IMG/VR virus record: IMGVR_UViG_3300017643_000041
Origin: an uncultured virus (IMG/VR IMGVR_UViG_3300017643_000041)
Taxonomy: Duplodnaviria > Heunggongvirae > Uroviricota > Caudoviricetes
Length of the DNA stretch: 36,445 nucleotides
Strand: one strand, 5' to 3'
Shown one piece after another: positions 25,956-33,573 of this stretch. The notes under the pieces are model-generated. The model made no database searches and was not told the origin of the DNA. It saw nothing but the letters and a program-made list of their open reading frames with translations. The first letter of the stretch is position 1. Each line of letters begins with the position of its first letter. A program made the translations under genes and the position numbers.

Positions 25956-28174
25956 TGGCAACTATTGCAGCGAGCCTAGTCTTAGCTGCTAATCCTATGA
26001 GCTTTTTCAGCTCTTTTTTAGTCATGGCAGCTGCTAGTATGGTAGATAGCTATATTATCTCTGCTTTAACGCCTGGTTCAGAAGTAAGTCAAGGTCAGGT
26101 AAATGATCTCTCCGTTCAAACTTGCACAGTAGGTACTGGTATGGCCAAAGGCTACGGCAAGGTAAGACTTACTGGAAATATTATCTGGGGGACGAAGTTT
26201 ACCGAGCATATTAAGAAAACAACTTCTTCTTCTGGAGGTAAGGGCGGTGGCGGAGCTAAAACTACCACAACTACTTATACCTATTCTGCATCCTTTGCTA
26301 TTGCATTGGCCAATGGCCCTATTGTAGGCATTGGTGATGTATGGGCGGATGGCAATGATATATCTTTAAAGGACTTAGATTACAGACTTTATACGGGAAC
26401 AGACACGCAAATGCCTGATGACTTTATGGAGGCTATCGAAGGTGCAGGAAATGTGCCAGCCTATAGAGGTATGGCTTACATTGTCTTTCGTAATGTTATC
26501 TTGACGGACTTTGGTAATAGAATACCTACCTTTAGCTTTGTGGTAGAGTTTCCTAAAAATGATTTAAAAGAAATAGTGGAAGATATTAGTGAAGAAGCAG
26601 GACTTATTATTCAGCAGGAAGTAGATGCTACTAGCTTAGAAGGGCTCAAGGTAGATGGCTTTCTCCGCAGTGGTACTAAAACCTTCCGTGAGCAAATGGA
26701 AGAGCTAAGAGTGGTACACATCTTTGAAGGTGTGGAGCGCTTTGGGAAGATAGTCTTTGCTCCTCGTGACTTTTCTAGGGTAATAGCAGTAAGCTCAGGA
26801 GAAATAGGAGCCTATGAGAATAAAGCCAGTGATGAGCCTATTGCTACAGCTACCAAGTATGATATGGAGTTACCGAGACGTCTTACCATTAAATATCTGT
26901 CCAAGGATAATGATTACCAGACTGGTAGTCAAACTGGCTACAGACAATTAACCGGTGCTATTACGGAGCAAAGCGTATCTACTTCTGTAGTTTTAACAGA
27001 TAGCGCAGCTAAGGCCGTAGCAGAGATGAGGTTGTACGAATTATGGATGGCAAGGACTAGTCATGATTTTAAGCTACCCATGAAGTATGGCTATATTTTG
27101 CCGGGAGATATTTTGCAATTATCCATGCCCAATGCTACAGGTACACAGCTGGTGGTAGTAAACAAGGCGAACTTTGGTAGACCTGGCATAAATGTAATAT
27201 CTGCTACCAATGTGAATGCTAGTAACTATAAGCTAGTAACGCGTCCGGTGGATGAAGTGCCAGATGTCATAGAAAGTATTCCTAGTGAAGTATTTGTTTT
27301 TATTCTAGATTTTTCCAAGGTGCCTATGGATACTGCTAGCGGTGATGATTACATTTATCTAGCTATTGGTGCTAAGCAATTCTATGGCGCTAATGTTTAC
27401 CGCTCTTATGATGCAGGCGTAAGCTACGAGCATCAGCTAACTTTTACTGGAGCCGCTACCTTTGGCAAGGCACTTACTGTTCTAGAAGGTGCAAATCATC
27501 AGTATTGGGATAATGGGCATAGCGTAGATATTGAACTAGCTGCAGGAGCTTTGGAAAGCCATAGCAAAGAAGAACTTTTGAACTTTGCCAATGCTGCAGT
27601 TTTGGGTGATGAGGTTATTCAATTTACAAATGCCGAGCTTATAGCAGAAAATACCTATAGGCTGAGTGGTCTACTTAGAGGACGCAATGGAACTGAGCAT
27701 AGGGTAAATAGTCATGTCATAGGAGAACGATTTATTCTTCTAAGTGTTAGTGGCGTAATGCAGTTGCCTATTTCTACAGAAGATTGGTATTCAGAGGTTA
27801 ATCTGAAGATTGGGCCTAGGGTACATAACATCATCAACGATAGCTACAAAAACTACAACTTCACACCTCAAGGTGAAATTTATAGGCCTTGGAGCGTGTG
27901 TAGCGTAAAAGTAAAGCGTGATGGTGCGAAATACATGATTTCATGGAAACGCAGAACTCGTAAAAATGGCGCCTGGAAGGATTATGCAGATGTGCCTTTA
28001 AGTGAAAATACCGAGGCCTACGAAGTGGAGCTATTAGATAAAGCTGGTAAGGTGTTAGAAACTAGAAGTACTGGTGTACCTAGCCTAGAATACGAAGGAG
28101 CAGGTTACATGGCCAGAATTTATCAAATTAGTGAAGTCAGAGGTAGGGGCCTAGGAATGGAGGTAATTTTATGA
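25955..28174 (+). CDS. Central tail tip / host-specificity protein (Phage-tail_3, GTA g15-like)
   Basis: YG.VRL.GNIIW, GGKGGGG, PAYRGMAYIVF, DFGNRIP, YRLSGLLRGRNGTE and WKRRTR motifs. Confidence 0.9.
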   Translation: MATIAASLVLAANPMSFFSSFLVMAAASMVDSYIISALTPGSEVSQGQVNDLSVQTCTVGTGMAKGYGKVRLTGNIIWGTKFTEHIKKTTSSSGGKGGGGAKTTTTTYTYSASFAIALANGPIVGIGDVWADGNDISLKDLDYRLYTGTDTQMPDDFMEAIEGAGNVPAYRGMAYIVFRNVILTDFGNRIPTFSFVVEFPKNDLKEIVEDISEEAGLIIQQEVDATSLEGLKVDGFLRSGTKTFREQMEELRVVHIFEGVERFGKIVFAPRDFSRVIAVSSGEIGAYENKASDEPIATATKYDMELPRRLTIKYLSKDNDYQTGSQTGYRQLTGAITEQSVSTSVVLTDSAAKAVAEMRLYELWMARTSHDFKLPMKYGYILPGDILQLSMPNATGTQLVVVNKANFGRPGINVISATNVNASNYKLVTRPVDEVPDVIESIPSEVFVFILDFSKVPMDTASGDDYIYLAIGAKQFYGANVYRSYDAGVSYEHQLTFTGAATFGKALTVLEGANHQYWDNGHSVDIELAAGALESHSKEELLNFANAAVLGDEVIQFTNAELIAENTYRLSGLLRGRNGTEHRVNSHVIGERFILLSVSGVMQLPISTEDWYSEVNLKIGPRVHNIINDSYKNYNFTPQGEIYRPWSVCSVKVKRDGAKYMISWKRRTRKNGAWKDYADVPLSENTEAYEVELLDKAGKVLETRSTGVPSLEYEGAGYMARIYQISEVRGRGLGMEVIL

Positions 28175-28578
28175 TGACAAAAAGAATAGGACTGGAATAC
28201 CTAGAGGTAAACCAATCCCAAAAGGAAGTAACGGTAAATGAAGCCTTTAATAGGCTAGACCTTTTCGTAGGCCTTACTGTAGATAATATTTTGAGCAGTC
28301 CTCCTAGCAGTGCTAGTGAAGGGGCTGCTTTTTTAGTAGGTACAAATCCTACTGGGGCCTTTAGTGGCAAGAAAAACTATATTGCACATTACCTCAATGG
28401 CGCATACGAATTCTATGCTCCCATTGAAGGGATGAGGATATATGTGACTTCTAGCAAAGAGGACTACAGATATTTATGTGCTACTTGGCTGAAGATAACT
28501 GAACCAAATATTCAAGTAGTGACAAGCCTTCCGACAAATCTTGTGGCTGGTGTTATTTATATGGTGACGGAATCATGA
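28171..28578 (+). CDS. DUF2793 tail fibre-associated protein
   Basis: QSQKEVTVNEAFNRLD...PTGAFSG...P.EG signature. Confidence 0.88.
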   Translation: MMTKRIGLEYLEVNQSQKEVTVNEAFNRLDLFVGLTVDNILSSPPSSASEGAAFLVGTNPTGAFSGKKNYIAHYLNGAYEFYAPIEGMRIYVTSSKEDYRYLCATWLKITEPNIQVVTSLPTNLVAGVIYMVTES

Positions 28579-29078
28579 TTACTATTGGGGGAAAAAAGGT
28601 GAAAAATATCATGGTAGGCAGTAAAAATGTCAGCAAAGTCTATGTTGGCAGCAAGCTAGTATGGTCAAGTGGTGAAATGCCAGTCGAGCCTACCAACATT
28701 TATGATAAGTTTGTGGCAGATATTTGGGCCTATGTGCGCTATGCAAATAAGGTATTTAATATTTCTACCAATGCTAGTAACCTCATGGCACGCTGCGTGG
28801 TAGAGCCTAAAACGACTTATATTGTAGAAATACTCATGGATACACGCTTTAGGGTATTTAGCTATACGGGCCAGCCGGTAAGTGGAACAGAGCTAAGCGC
28901 GGTCTTAATAGATGAGCTGGACGATAATGGGGAAGGTTCTCTTAATGCTAAACGCAGACTTACAATTACCACGGGCGCTGATCATAATATGCTTTATATC
29001 GGCTATTGGACAAGTACTGGTAGTTTAAGTTCAGAAGATGTGAGAAATAGCATAAAAATATATAAGGAGAGTGATTAA
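28575..29078 (+). CDS. Putative receptor-binding / fibre accessory protein
   Basis: N-terminal repeated (I/V)xVGSKxV motif ending in VW, followed by a beta-rich domain; last tail gene. Confidence 0.65.
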   Translation: MITIGGKKVKNIMVGSKNVSKVYVGSKLVWSSGEMPVEPTNIYDKFVADIWAYVRYANKVFNISTNASNLMARCVVEPKTTYIVEILMDTRFRVFSYTGQPVSGTELSAVLIDELDDNGEGSLNAKRRLTITTGADHNMLYIGYWTSTGSLSSEDVRNSIKIYKESD

Positions 29079-29588
29079 ATGAATAAGGAAGCATTATATG
29101 GGGCTATTATGGATAGCCTCAAGAATTTACAGGACGTCTGGGCAGTAAAGCTCATGACGTCTTTTTTCTTGGCGGTAGTATACAATCTGCACGTGCAGCT
29201 CCTAGTAGCTTTCGCTGTTTTAGTGTTTTTAGACTTAGGCACTAAGTGGCTGGCATTATCCAAGATGCATTTGGAGAACCAAGGCAAGGAAACAAATCTT
29301 TGGTATGAGCTGAAGAATATACCAAAAGCAAGACGAGCTGGCTATATTCGCTCTATGGAAATGAAAAATAGATTTATTGGCAAGATGTTCATTTACTGCC
29401 TTTTGACTTTTGCCGGAGGTCTTGTAGATGTGATGCTCGTATCTCAAGCCAAGCCATCACTTGCTGTGGCACTAGTTGTAGGCTATTTATCCGTCAATGA
29501 GCTTTTATCTATTGTAGAGAATTTGGAAGATGCTGGCGTAGAAGAAGCGAAACGCCTTAAAGAAATTATCGATAAGAAAAGGGGTTAG
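29079..29588 (+). CDS. Phage holin (holin_4-like)
   Basis: Several hydrophobic segments, LDLGTK and ELLSIVENL...G motifs; adjacent to the endolysin. Confidence 0.88.
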   Translation: MNKEALYGAIMDSLKNLQDVWAVKLMTSFFLAVVYNLHVQLLVAFAVLVFLDLGTKWLALSKMHLENQGKETNLWYELKNIPKARRAGYIRSMEMKNRFIGKMFIYCLLTFAGGLVDVMLVSQAKPSLAVALVVGYLSVNELLSIVENLEDAGVEEAKRLKEIIDKKRG

Positions 29589-29593
29589 AATTT

Positions 29594-30139
29594 ATGAAGA
29601 AGATATCCTTAATTAAATTACGCAAACTAGCAAGACGTGCCAATGGCTATGTGGACACCATTTATGTCCATTGGAGTGCCGGGCGCTACCATCAGTTTTT
29701 TGACGATTACCATATCAATGTGGATGATGATGGCAGTATCTATATTAGCACTACTGACCTTACAGAAACCTTGCCACATACCTGGCAGAGAAATAGCAGA
29801 GCTATTGGTATCTGCTTTGCCGGCTGCTATGGGGCAGAGCCTCATAATGGCTTTGATACCGACTTTGGTGACTATCCACCTACGCAAGCTCAAATGGATG
29901 GAGTATGTCAAGCTATTGCAATTTTGTGTGAGGAGCTAGGCCTGCCTGTGGATTATGAGCATGTAAAGACTCACTGCGAGGCAGCAGAGGAAGATGACTA
30001 TGGACCCAGTACGACTTGTGAGCGTTGGGACTTGTGGTATTTACCAGATTTACCTAATGAAGAGGCGGTTAAACATGGTGGAGAGGTAATTCGTGGCAAA
30101 ACGGCCTGGTGGCAGAAAAAAACTGACCATAACATTTGA
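29594..30139 (+). CDS. Endolysin, N-acetylmuramoyl-L-alanine amidase (Amidase_2)
   Basis: IYVHWSA, YHINVDDDG, HTWQRNS.AIGI, PTQAQ and TH motifs; no cell-wall-binding domain. Confidence 0.9.
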   Translation: MKKISLIKLRKLARRANGYVDTIYVHWSAGRYHQFFDDYHINVDDDGSIYISTTDLTETLPHTWQRNSRAIGICFAGCYGAEPHNGFDTDFGDYPPTQAQMDGVCQAIAILCEELGLPVDYEHVKTHCEAAEEDDYGPSTTCERWDLWYLPDLPNEEAVKHGGEVIRGKTAWWQKKTDHNI

Positions 30140-30157
30140 GTATGGTCAGTTAAAGTA

Positions 30158-30451
30158 TTATTTAGCTAAAGGTGCAATTACTAAAGTTTTTCCTAAGGGA
30201 GCAAGAACCTTTAGCACCGTACTAAGATTGGGAGAGGTACTTCCTTTTTCCATTCTAGCAATGATGGGTTGCTTAACACCGCTAAGCTCTTCTAATTTCT
30301 TTTGACTAAGACCTTGTTCGTGTCGCGCTTTTATAAGCTCACCAATTAGAGCTACTCGCAGATTACTGGCTGCTATTTCTTCTGGGGTAAAGAATTCCTT
30401 TTCTACTTCATCCCAGCTGTGTCCAATAGGACTAAATTTTTTAGTGGTCAT
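30158..30451 (-). CDS. XRE/HigA-like HTH antitoxin (orphan)
   Basis: FTPEEIAASNLRVALIGELIKAR.EQGLSQKKLEELSGVKQPIIARMEKG, typical of antitoxins partnered with RelE/Gp49 toxins; AAGGAG RBS. Confidence 0.85.
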   Translation of the reverse strand: MTTKKFSPIGHSWDEVEKEFFTPEEIAASNLRVALIGELIKARHEQGLSQKKLEELSGVKQPIIARMEKGSTSPNLSTVLKVLAPLGKTLVIAPLAK

Positions 30452-30486
30452 TTCTATTTGCTCCTTTCAGCGTATTCCTTATACAT

Positions 30487-30515
30487 ACAATACTTTAAAG
30501 TTATTGAAAATGCAA
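30487..30515 (-). promoter_or_regulatory. Antitoxin promoter with palindromic operator
   Basis: Minus strand TTGCAT-17 bp-TATTGT; palindrome ACTTTAAAGT (30492-30501) lies in the spacer next to the -10. Confidence 0.6.
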
Positions 30516-30692
30516 GTCATAATGCAAAAAATGCCATAAAGAATATTGGCAAAAAAACCTCTGAAAAACGACCGCGAGATTTGCCCTGTGAGCGGTTTTT
30601 AGAAGGTGGTTGGTACTGTTTGACCTATGAAAAAACGACTATAATACACACTTTGAGCATTATAGCCGTTTATTAGAATTTGAGGTGGTGAA

Positions 30693-31058
30693 ATGGATAA
30701 TGAAAAGAAAAAATATATGCTTTGCGGTGCTGTTTGCTTTGTGCTTATTTTGCTTGCCGGCTATTTCTTATGCAGGGACGTATCAGATAACGGAACAGGA
30801 ACTCGCCCAATTAGAGATGAACTTACTACAGCTACAGGAAAGCAACGAGCACTCACAAAAGGAATTGAAGGAGTTGAAGCTAGAACTGAAAACATCCAAG
30901 AGCGAGTTAGTAAAAGCGAAGCAGGAATTGACGCTGCTACAGACCGAGCTGAGGACGTTGAGGGAAAACTCACTAGCTCAGGAGAGCTTATTGCAAAATG
31001 CCAACAAATCCTTAGAGATATACGCGCAAGAGGAGAAGCAAAGAACGAAAGCAATTAG
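30693..31058 (+). CDS. Putative inner-membrane spanin: N-terminal TM plus coiled coil
   Basis: KKK followed by a ~20-aa hydrophobic anchor, heptad-like region and a single C-terminal Cys; GAGGTG RBS; end of lysis cassette. Confidence 0.65.
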   Translation: MDNEKKKYMLCGAVCFVLILLAGYFLCRDVSDNGTGTRPIRDELTTATGKQRALTKGIEGVEARTENIQERVSKSEAGIDAATDRAEDVEGKLTSSGELIAKCQQILRDIRARGEAKNESN

Positions 31059-31122
31059 GACTCAGCGCAATGTGGCATATGGCATTGGCGTAGGATTACT
31101 CTATGCTTTGATAAGGAAATAG
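30700..31122 (+). CDS. Putative spanin partner: signal peptide, coiled coil, C-terminal hydrophobic tail (+1 frame overlap)
   Basis: MKRKNICFAVLFALCLFCLPAISYA signal peptide, Leu/Gln/Glu heptads, VAYGIGVGLLYALIRK tail. Confidence 0.7.
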   Translation: MKRKNICFAVLFALCLFCLPAISYAGTYQITEQELAQLEMNLLQLQESNEHSQKELKELKLELKTSKSELVKAKQELTLLQTELRTLRENSLAQESLLQNANKSLEIYAQEEKQRTKAIRTQRNVAYGIGVGLLYALIRK

Positions 31123-31132
31123 TGGCTTTACT

Positions 31133-31173
31133 TACCCATCAGGGATTAAATTCCTTGGTGGGTATATTTTTTT
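31133..31173 (+). terminator. Terminator at the end of the late operon
   Basis: TACCCATCAGGGA / TCCTTGGTGGGTA stem plus T tract. Confidence 0.8.
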
Positions 31174-31176
31174 GTG

Positions 31177-31207
31177 AAAAAGACCGCCAGCATATAGCTA
31201 ACGGTCT
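31177..31207 (-). terminator. Terminator for the reverse-strand sigma-like gene
   Basis: AGACCG / CGGTCT stem with an A run at 31177-31181 (U tract on the minus strand). Confidence 0.55.
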
Positions 31208-31214
31208 AATGAAA

Positions 31215-31745
31215 CTAAATGATTAAATCTGGATATTTTTCGCGGATGCAAGAAGCAATTTTTTTGAGTCTAGATAACATGGTTGTACGGTGAATGCCTA
31301 ATTTGTTAGCAATGTCAGTGTCGGATAAACCATTAAGACGCATTGATGCCACTTTTAGTGCAAGTGGAGCAACGGTTTGTAGATGCTCGATAATATCCCC
31401 AGCTATAAATTGGTTGTCCACGGCATCTTCAAATGGTAAAATATCTGCTTCAAGAAATTCAAGCATATTGAAATCTTGACCTTCGTCAGATTGGTAAATA
31501 TAATCTAACGAGAGCTGGTTGCCAGCAACTTTGTACTTGCAGGCTTCACAGTCCATGTCACAGAACCACCATTTTTTTCTTGGACAGATGCATTTACCGC
31601 ATCGTTGTTGAGATTGGCGGTAGTAACTAATATGCTTTGTGCTTTCTCGATATACGTCTTCAGAAACCGGTACCCATATTTTTTGAGAACGTAGATAAAT
31701 ACTGAAGTTTTGCTCTTTTTTGCTTTGATTGTCATTGATTGCCAT
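31215..31745 (-). CDS. Mobile-element sigma-70 region-4-like HTH regulator with Cys-rich motif
   Basis: CICP....W.CDMDCEAC motif and C-terminal GLSDTDIANKLGIHRTTMLSRLKK HTH; GAGGAG RBS. Confidence 0.8.
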   Translation of the reverse strand: MAINDNQSKKEQNFSIYLRSQKIWVPVSEDVYRESTKHISYYRQSQQRCGKCICPRKKWWFCDMDCEACKYKVAGNQLSLDYIYQSDEGQDFNMLEFLEADILPFEDAVDNQFIAGDIIEHLQTVAPLALKVASMRLNGLSDTDIANKLGIHRTTMLSRLKKIASCIREKYPDLII

Positions 31746-31751
31746 TTGATT

Positions 31752-31946
31752 TCTCCTCTCGAATTGTCGAGAAGCGGAGATAAACCAAATGGCTGCCAGT
31801 ATTGCTTTTCATAAGATGGTCACCTCATACGGATTGCTCCGCCTCAAATTGGTGACCAGCCGTTCGTTAAGCTGGCACTGTATATTCAATTTCTTCCATC
31901 CATCAGCTACGAACACACTACCCGGCCGGGATAATAGTGAGCTGAT
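31752..31946 (-). ncRNA. Candidate structured cis-regulatory leader RNA
   Basis: Multiple nested and alternative stems, one of which sequesters the RBS (detailed in findings). Confidence 0.5.
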
Positions 31947-32061
31947 TTCAGGAAAAGTAGTTTAATGTCATGCTTGGGACGTGCAGTTTGACGGTATGTG
32001 TCCTTTTCTCAATGTAAAAATCCATAATGAACATGAAATATCCTTTTCACAAACTAAAAGT

Positions 32062-32090
32062 TTGATAAATGGACACAGGCGTGATATAAT
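32062..32090 (+). promoter_or_regulatory. Sigma-70 promoter of the defence operon
   Basis: TTGATA-17 bp-TATAAT with TG extension. Confidence 0.75.
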
Positions 32091-32228
32091 ATTAAAAACT
32101 AATTTTGCGTCAAATCCCCTGTGCCATTTGTTCTGCTTTTATTATAGAAAATGGCCCTTATTGATTTGGGGATGGTTTGGAGCACCGTGGTACATCGTGG
32201 TACAAATTAACGAGAAGGAGAAATATGC

Positions 32229-33365
32229 GTGGAATTCAAAGTATTTTTTTCAATGCTAAAAAACCGAATATCAGATGGTGCGGATGTCCCGTATTTCTTC
32301 AGAGATTTAATTGCGATGATTACGGATGTTGCGGAAGATGAATGGGGCACACCGAAAGACCCGTCAACGAAGTTATCAAAGGAAAGCACAATTCGGTCAT
32401 ATGCGAAGCGAAATTTGTCCCAGAAATTTGCGCAAAGCATTGTTTACAGACTGACACCAGAAGCCTTTGTAAGTACAATTGAAGATCGTCCGGATACAGT
32501 GCTGCGTCTGTTAGCCGAGGATTACAAGGGCTATGATGCATCTGCTGATGAGAGCAATATTGCAACACTGTTGGCGAATTGTTTTGTAGATATCATTCGC
32601 AGGACTGCCGGACTTGTGCAGCAGACAGAGTTAGAGAGGCAGAAGCAGATTCAGGCAGAAGTTGATATAAGAAACAGGTACGGAGATTACTTGATTAATG
32701 AAGCCGGTTATACATGTCCGTTTCCGGGTTGCGGGCATTCTCTTGTGATTAGCAATACTGGAAAGTCGACGAATTTGTTCAATGTTGCGCTTATAGATAA
32801 GAAAAAAGCGCCAGAGGTTTCAAACCTACTGGCGCTGTGTCCGAGATGCTATGGTACATATTCTGTTGATGATAATCCAAAGATTAGTAAGGAACTTAAA
32901 TCTGTAAAAAAAATAATTATAAGTCACAATAAAAACATACAGCTACTGGATGACCTTCCGCTTGAAAAAGGGATTGTTGGTGTTATATCAAGGATACCGA
33001 AATTGAATGAAAAGGAACTATCAGTGGTATCTTTTGACCCAAAGGAGATTCAGCAAAAGCTGGAGCCTTCTGAGAATATGGCACTTTATATAACGGTAAA
33101 AACGTATGTGGCTACTTACTATGTTAAGCTTCGTGAAATCATGATGAATGCTGATAAACGTGGAAGCATTGATTATGACGAAGTACAAGACCAGATGCGA
33201 GCAATATATAAACGCATGAAAAAGACGAAAAAATCGAATGCGGAAATATTCAACGAGATTGCGCAGAAAATCCACAAGGTGAGCCTACAAGAGGATATTT
33301 ACTGCCAAATTGTTGTATCCTACTTCATTCAGAGTTGCGAGGTGTTTGATGCAATTACCGAATAA
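32229..33365 (+). CDS. lmuA: Lamassu/ABC-three-component effector (HNH-like Zn domain plus CTD)
   Basis: CPFPGC...NLLALCPRC and C-terminal IVVSYFIQSCEVFD, characteristic of ABC-3C CTDs; operon context. Confidence 0.8.
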   Translation: MEFKVFFSMLKNRISDGADVPYFFRDLIAMITDVAEDEWGTPKDPSTKLSKESTIRSYAKRNLSQKFAQSIVYRLTPEAFVSTIEDRPDTVLRLLAEDYKGYDASADESNIATLLANCFVDIIRRTAGLVQQTELERQKQIQAEVDIRNRYGDYLINEAGYTCPFPGCGHSLVISNTGKSTNLFNVALIDKKKAPEVSNLLALCPRCYGTYSVDDNPKISKELKSVKKIIISHNKNIQLLDDLPLEKGIVGVISRIPKLNEKELSVVSFDPKEIQQKLEPSENMALYITVKTYVATYYVKLREIMMNADKRGSIDYDEVQDQMRAIYKRMKKTKKSNAEIFNEIAQKIHKVSLQEDIYCQIVVSYFIQSCEVFDAITE

Positions 33366-33573
33366 ATTATATTCATACAAAAACAGTACGCTTGCATTGA
33401 TGCCGGTCGTACTAAATGAAATTAAACAAAATCCAATACCTGTGGAGTCTTTATATATCCGATTAAGATCTATACTAAAAGACCCAACAGACTTTATGTC
33501 CGTAATGGATTGTTTGTATGCACTCCGGGCAGTAGATATCAATGATGAGGGGGAGGTGTTTATATGCTTATAG
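33349..33573 (+). CDS. lmuC: ABC-three-component middle component
   Basis: MQLPNKLYSYKNSTL...MDCLYAL pattern; small gene coupled between the effector and the ATPase. Confidence 0.8.
   Translation: MQLPNKLYSYKNSTLALMPVVLNEIKQNPIPVESLYIRLRSILKDPTDFMSVMDCLYALRAVDINDEGEVFICL

Larger units (their letters stand above)
1..31173 (+). mobile_element. Prophage (siphovirus; HK97-type head, GTA-type tail tip), left part outside the window
   Basis: Contiguous co-oriented replication, packaging, head, tail and lysis genes ending at an intrinsic terminator. No integrase or att site is visible in the window. Confidence 0.95.

Noticed and set aside
20751..28578. Calling the element a gene transfer agent
   Set aside because: It retains replication genes, HNH/cos-type packaging, a long tape measure and lysis genes. 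Only the tail tip is GTA-like.
22995..29078. Diversity-generating retroelement or invertible tail-fibre system
   Set aside because: No reverse transcriptase, invertase, template/variable repeat pair or inverted crossover sites were seen in the window.
30620..30645. TTGACC...TATAAT as a spanin promoter
   Set aside because: The spacer is only 14 bp.
30419..30676. 85-aa ORF as the missing toxin
   Set aside because: Opposite strand to the antitoxin, no RelE-like motifs, and it spans promoter and hairpin DNA.
30761..31054. Third ORF on the minus strand under the spanin-like pair
   Set aside because: Ser-rich antisense shadow, expected from the constrained codons; no RBS seen.
31981..32259. 92-aa ORF upstream of lmuA
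   Set aside because: Runs across the predicted promoter; no RBS or motif.
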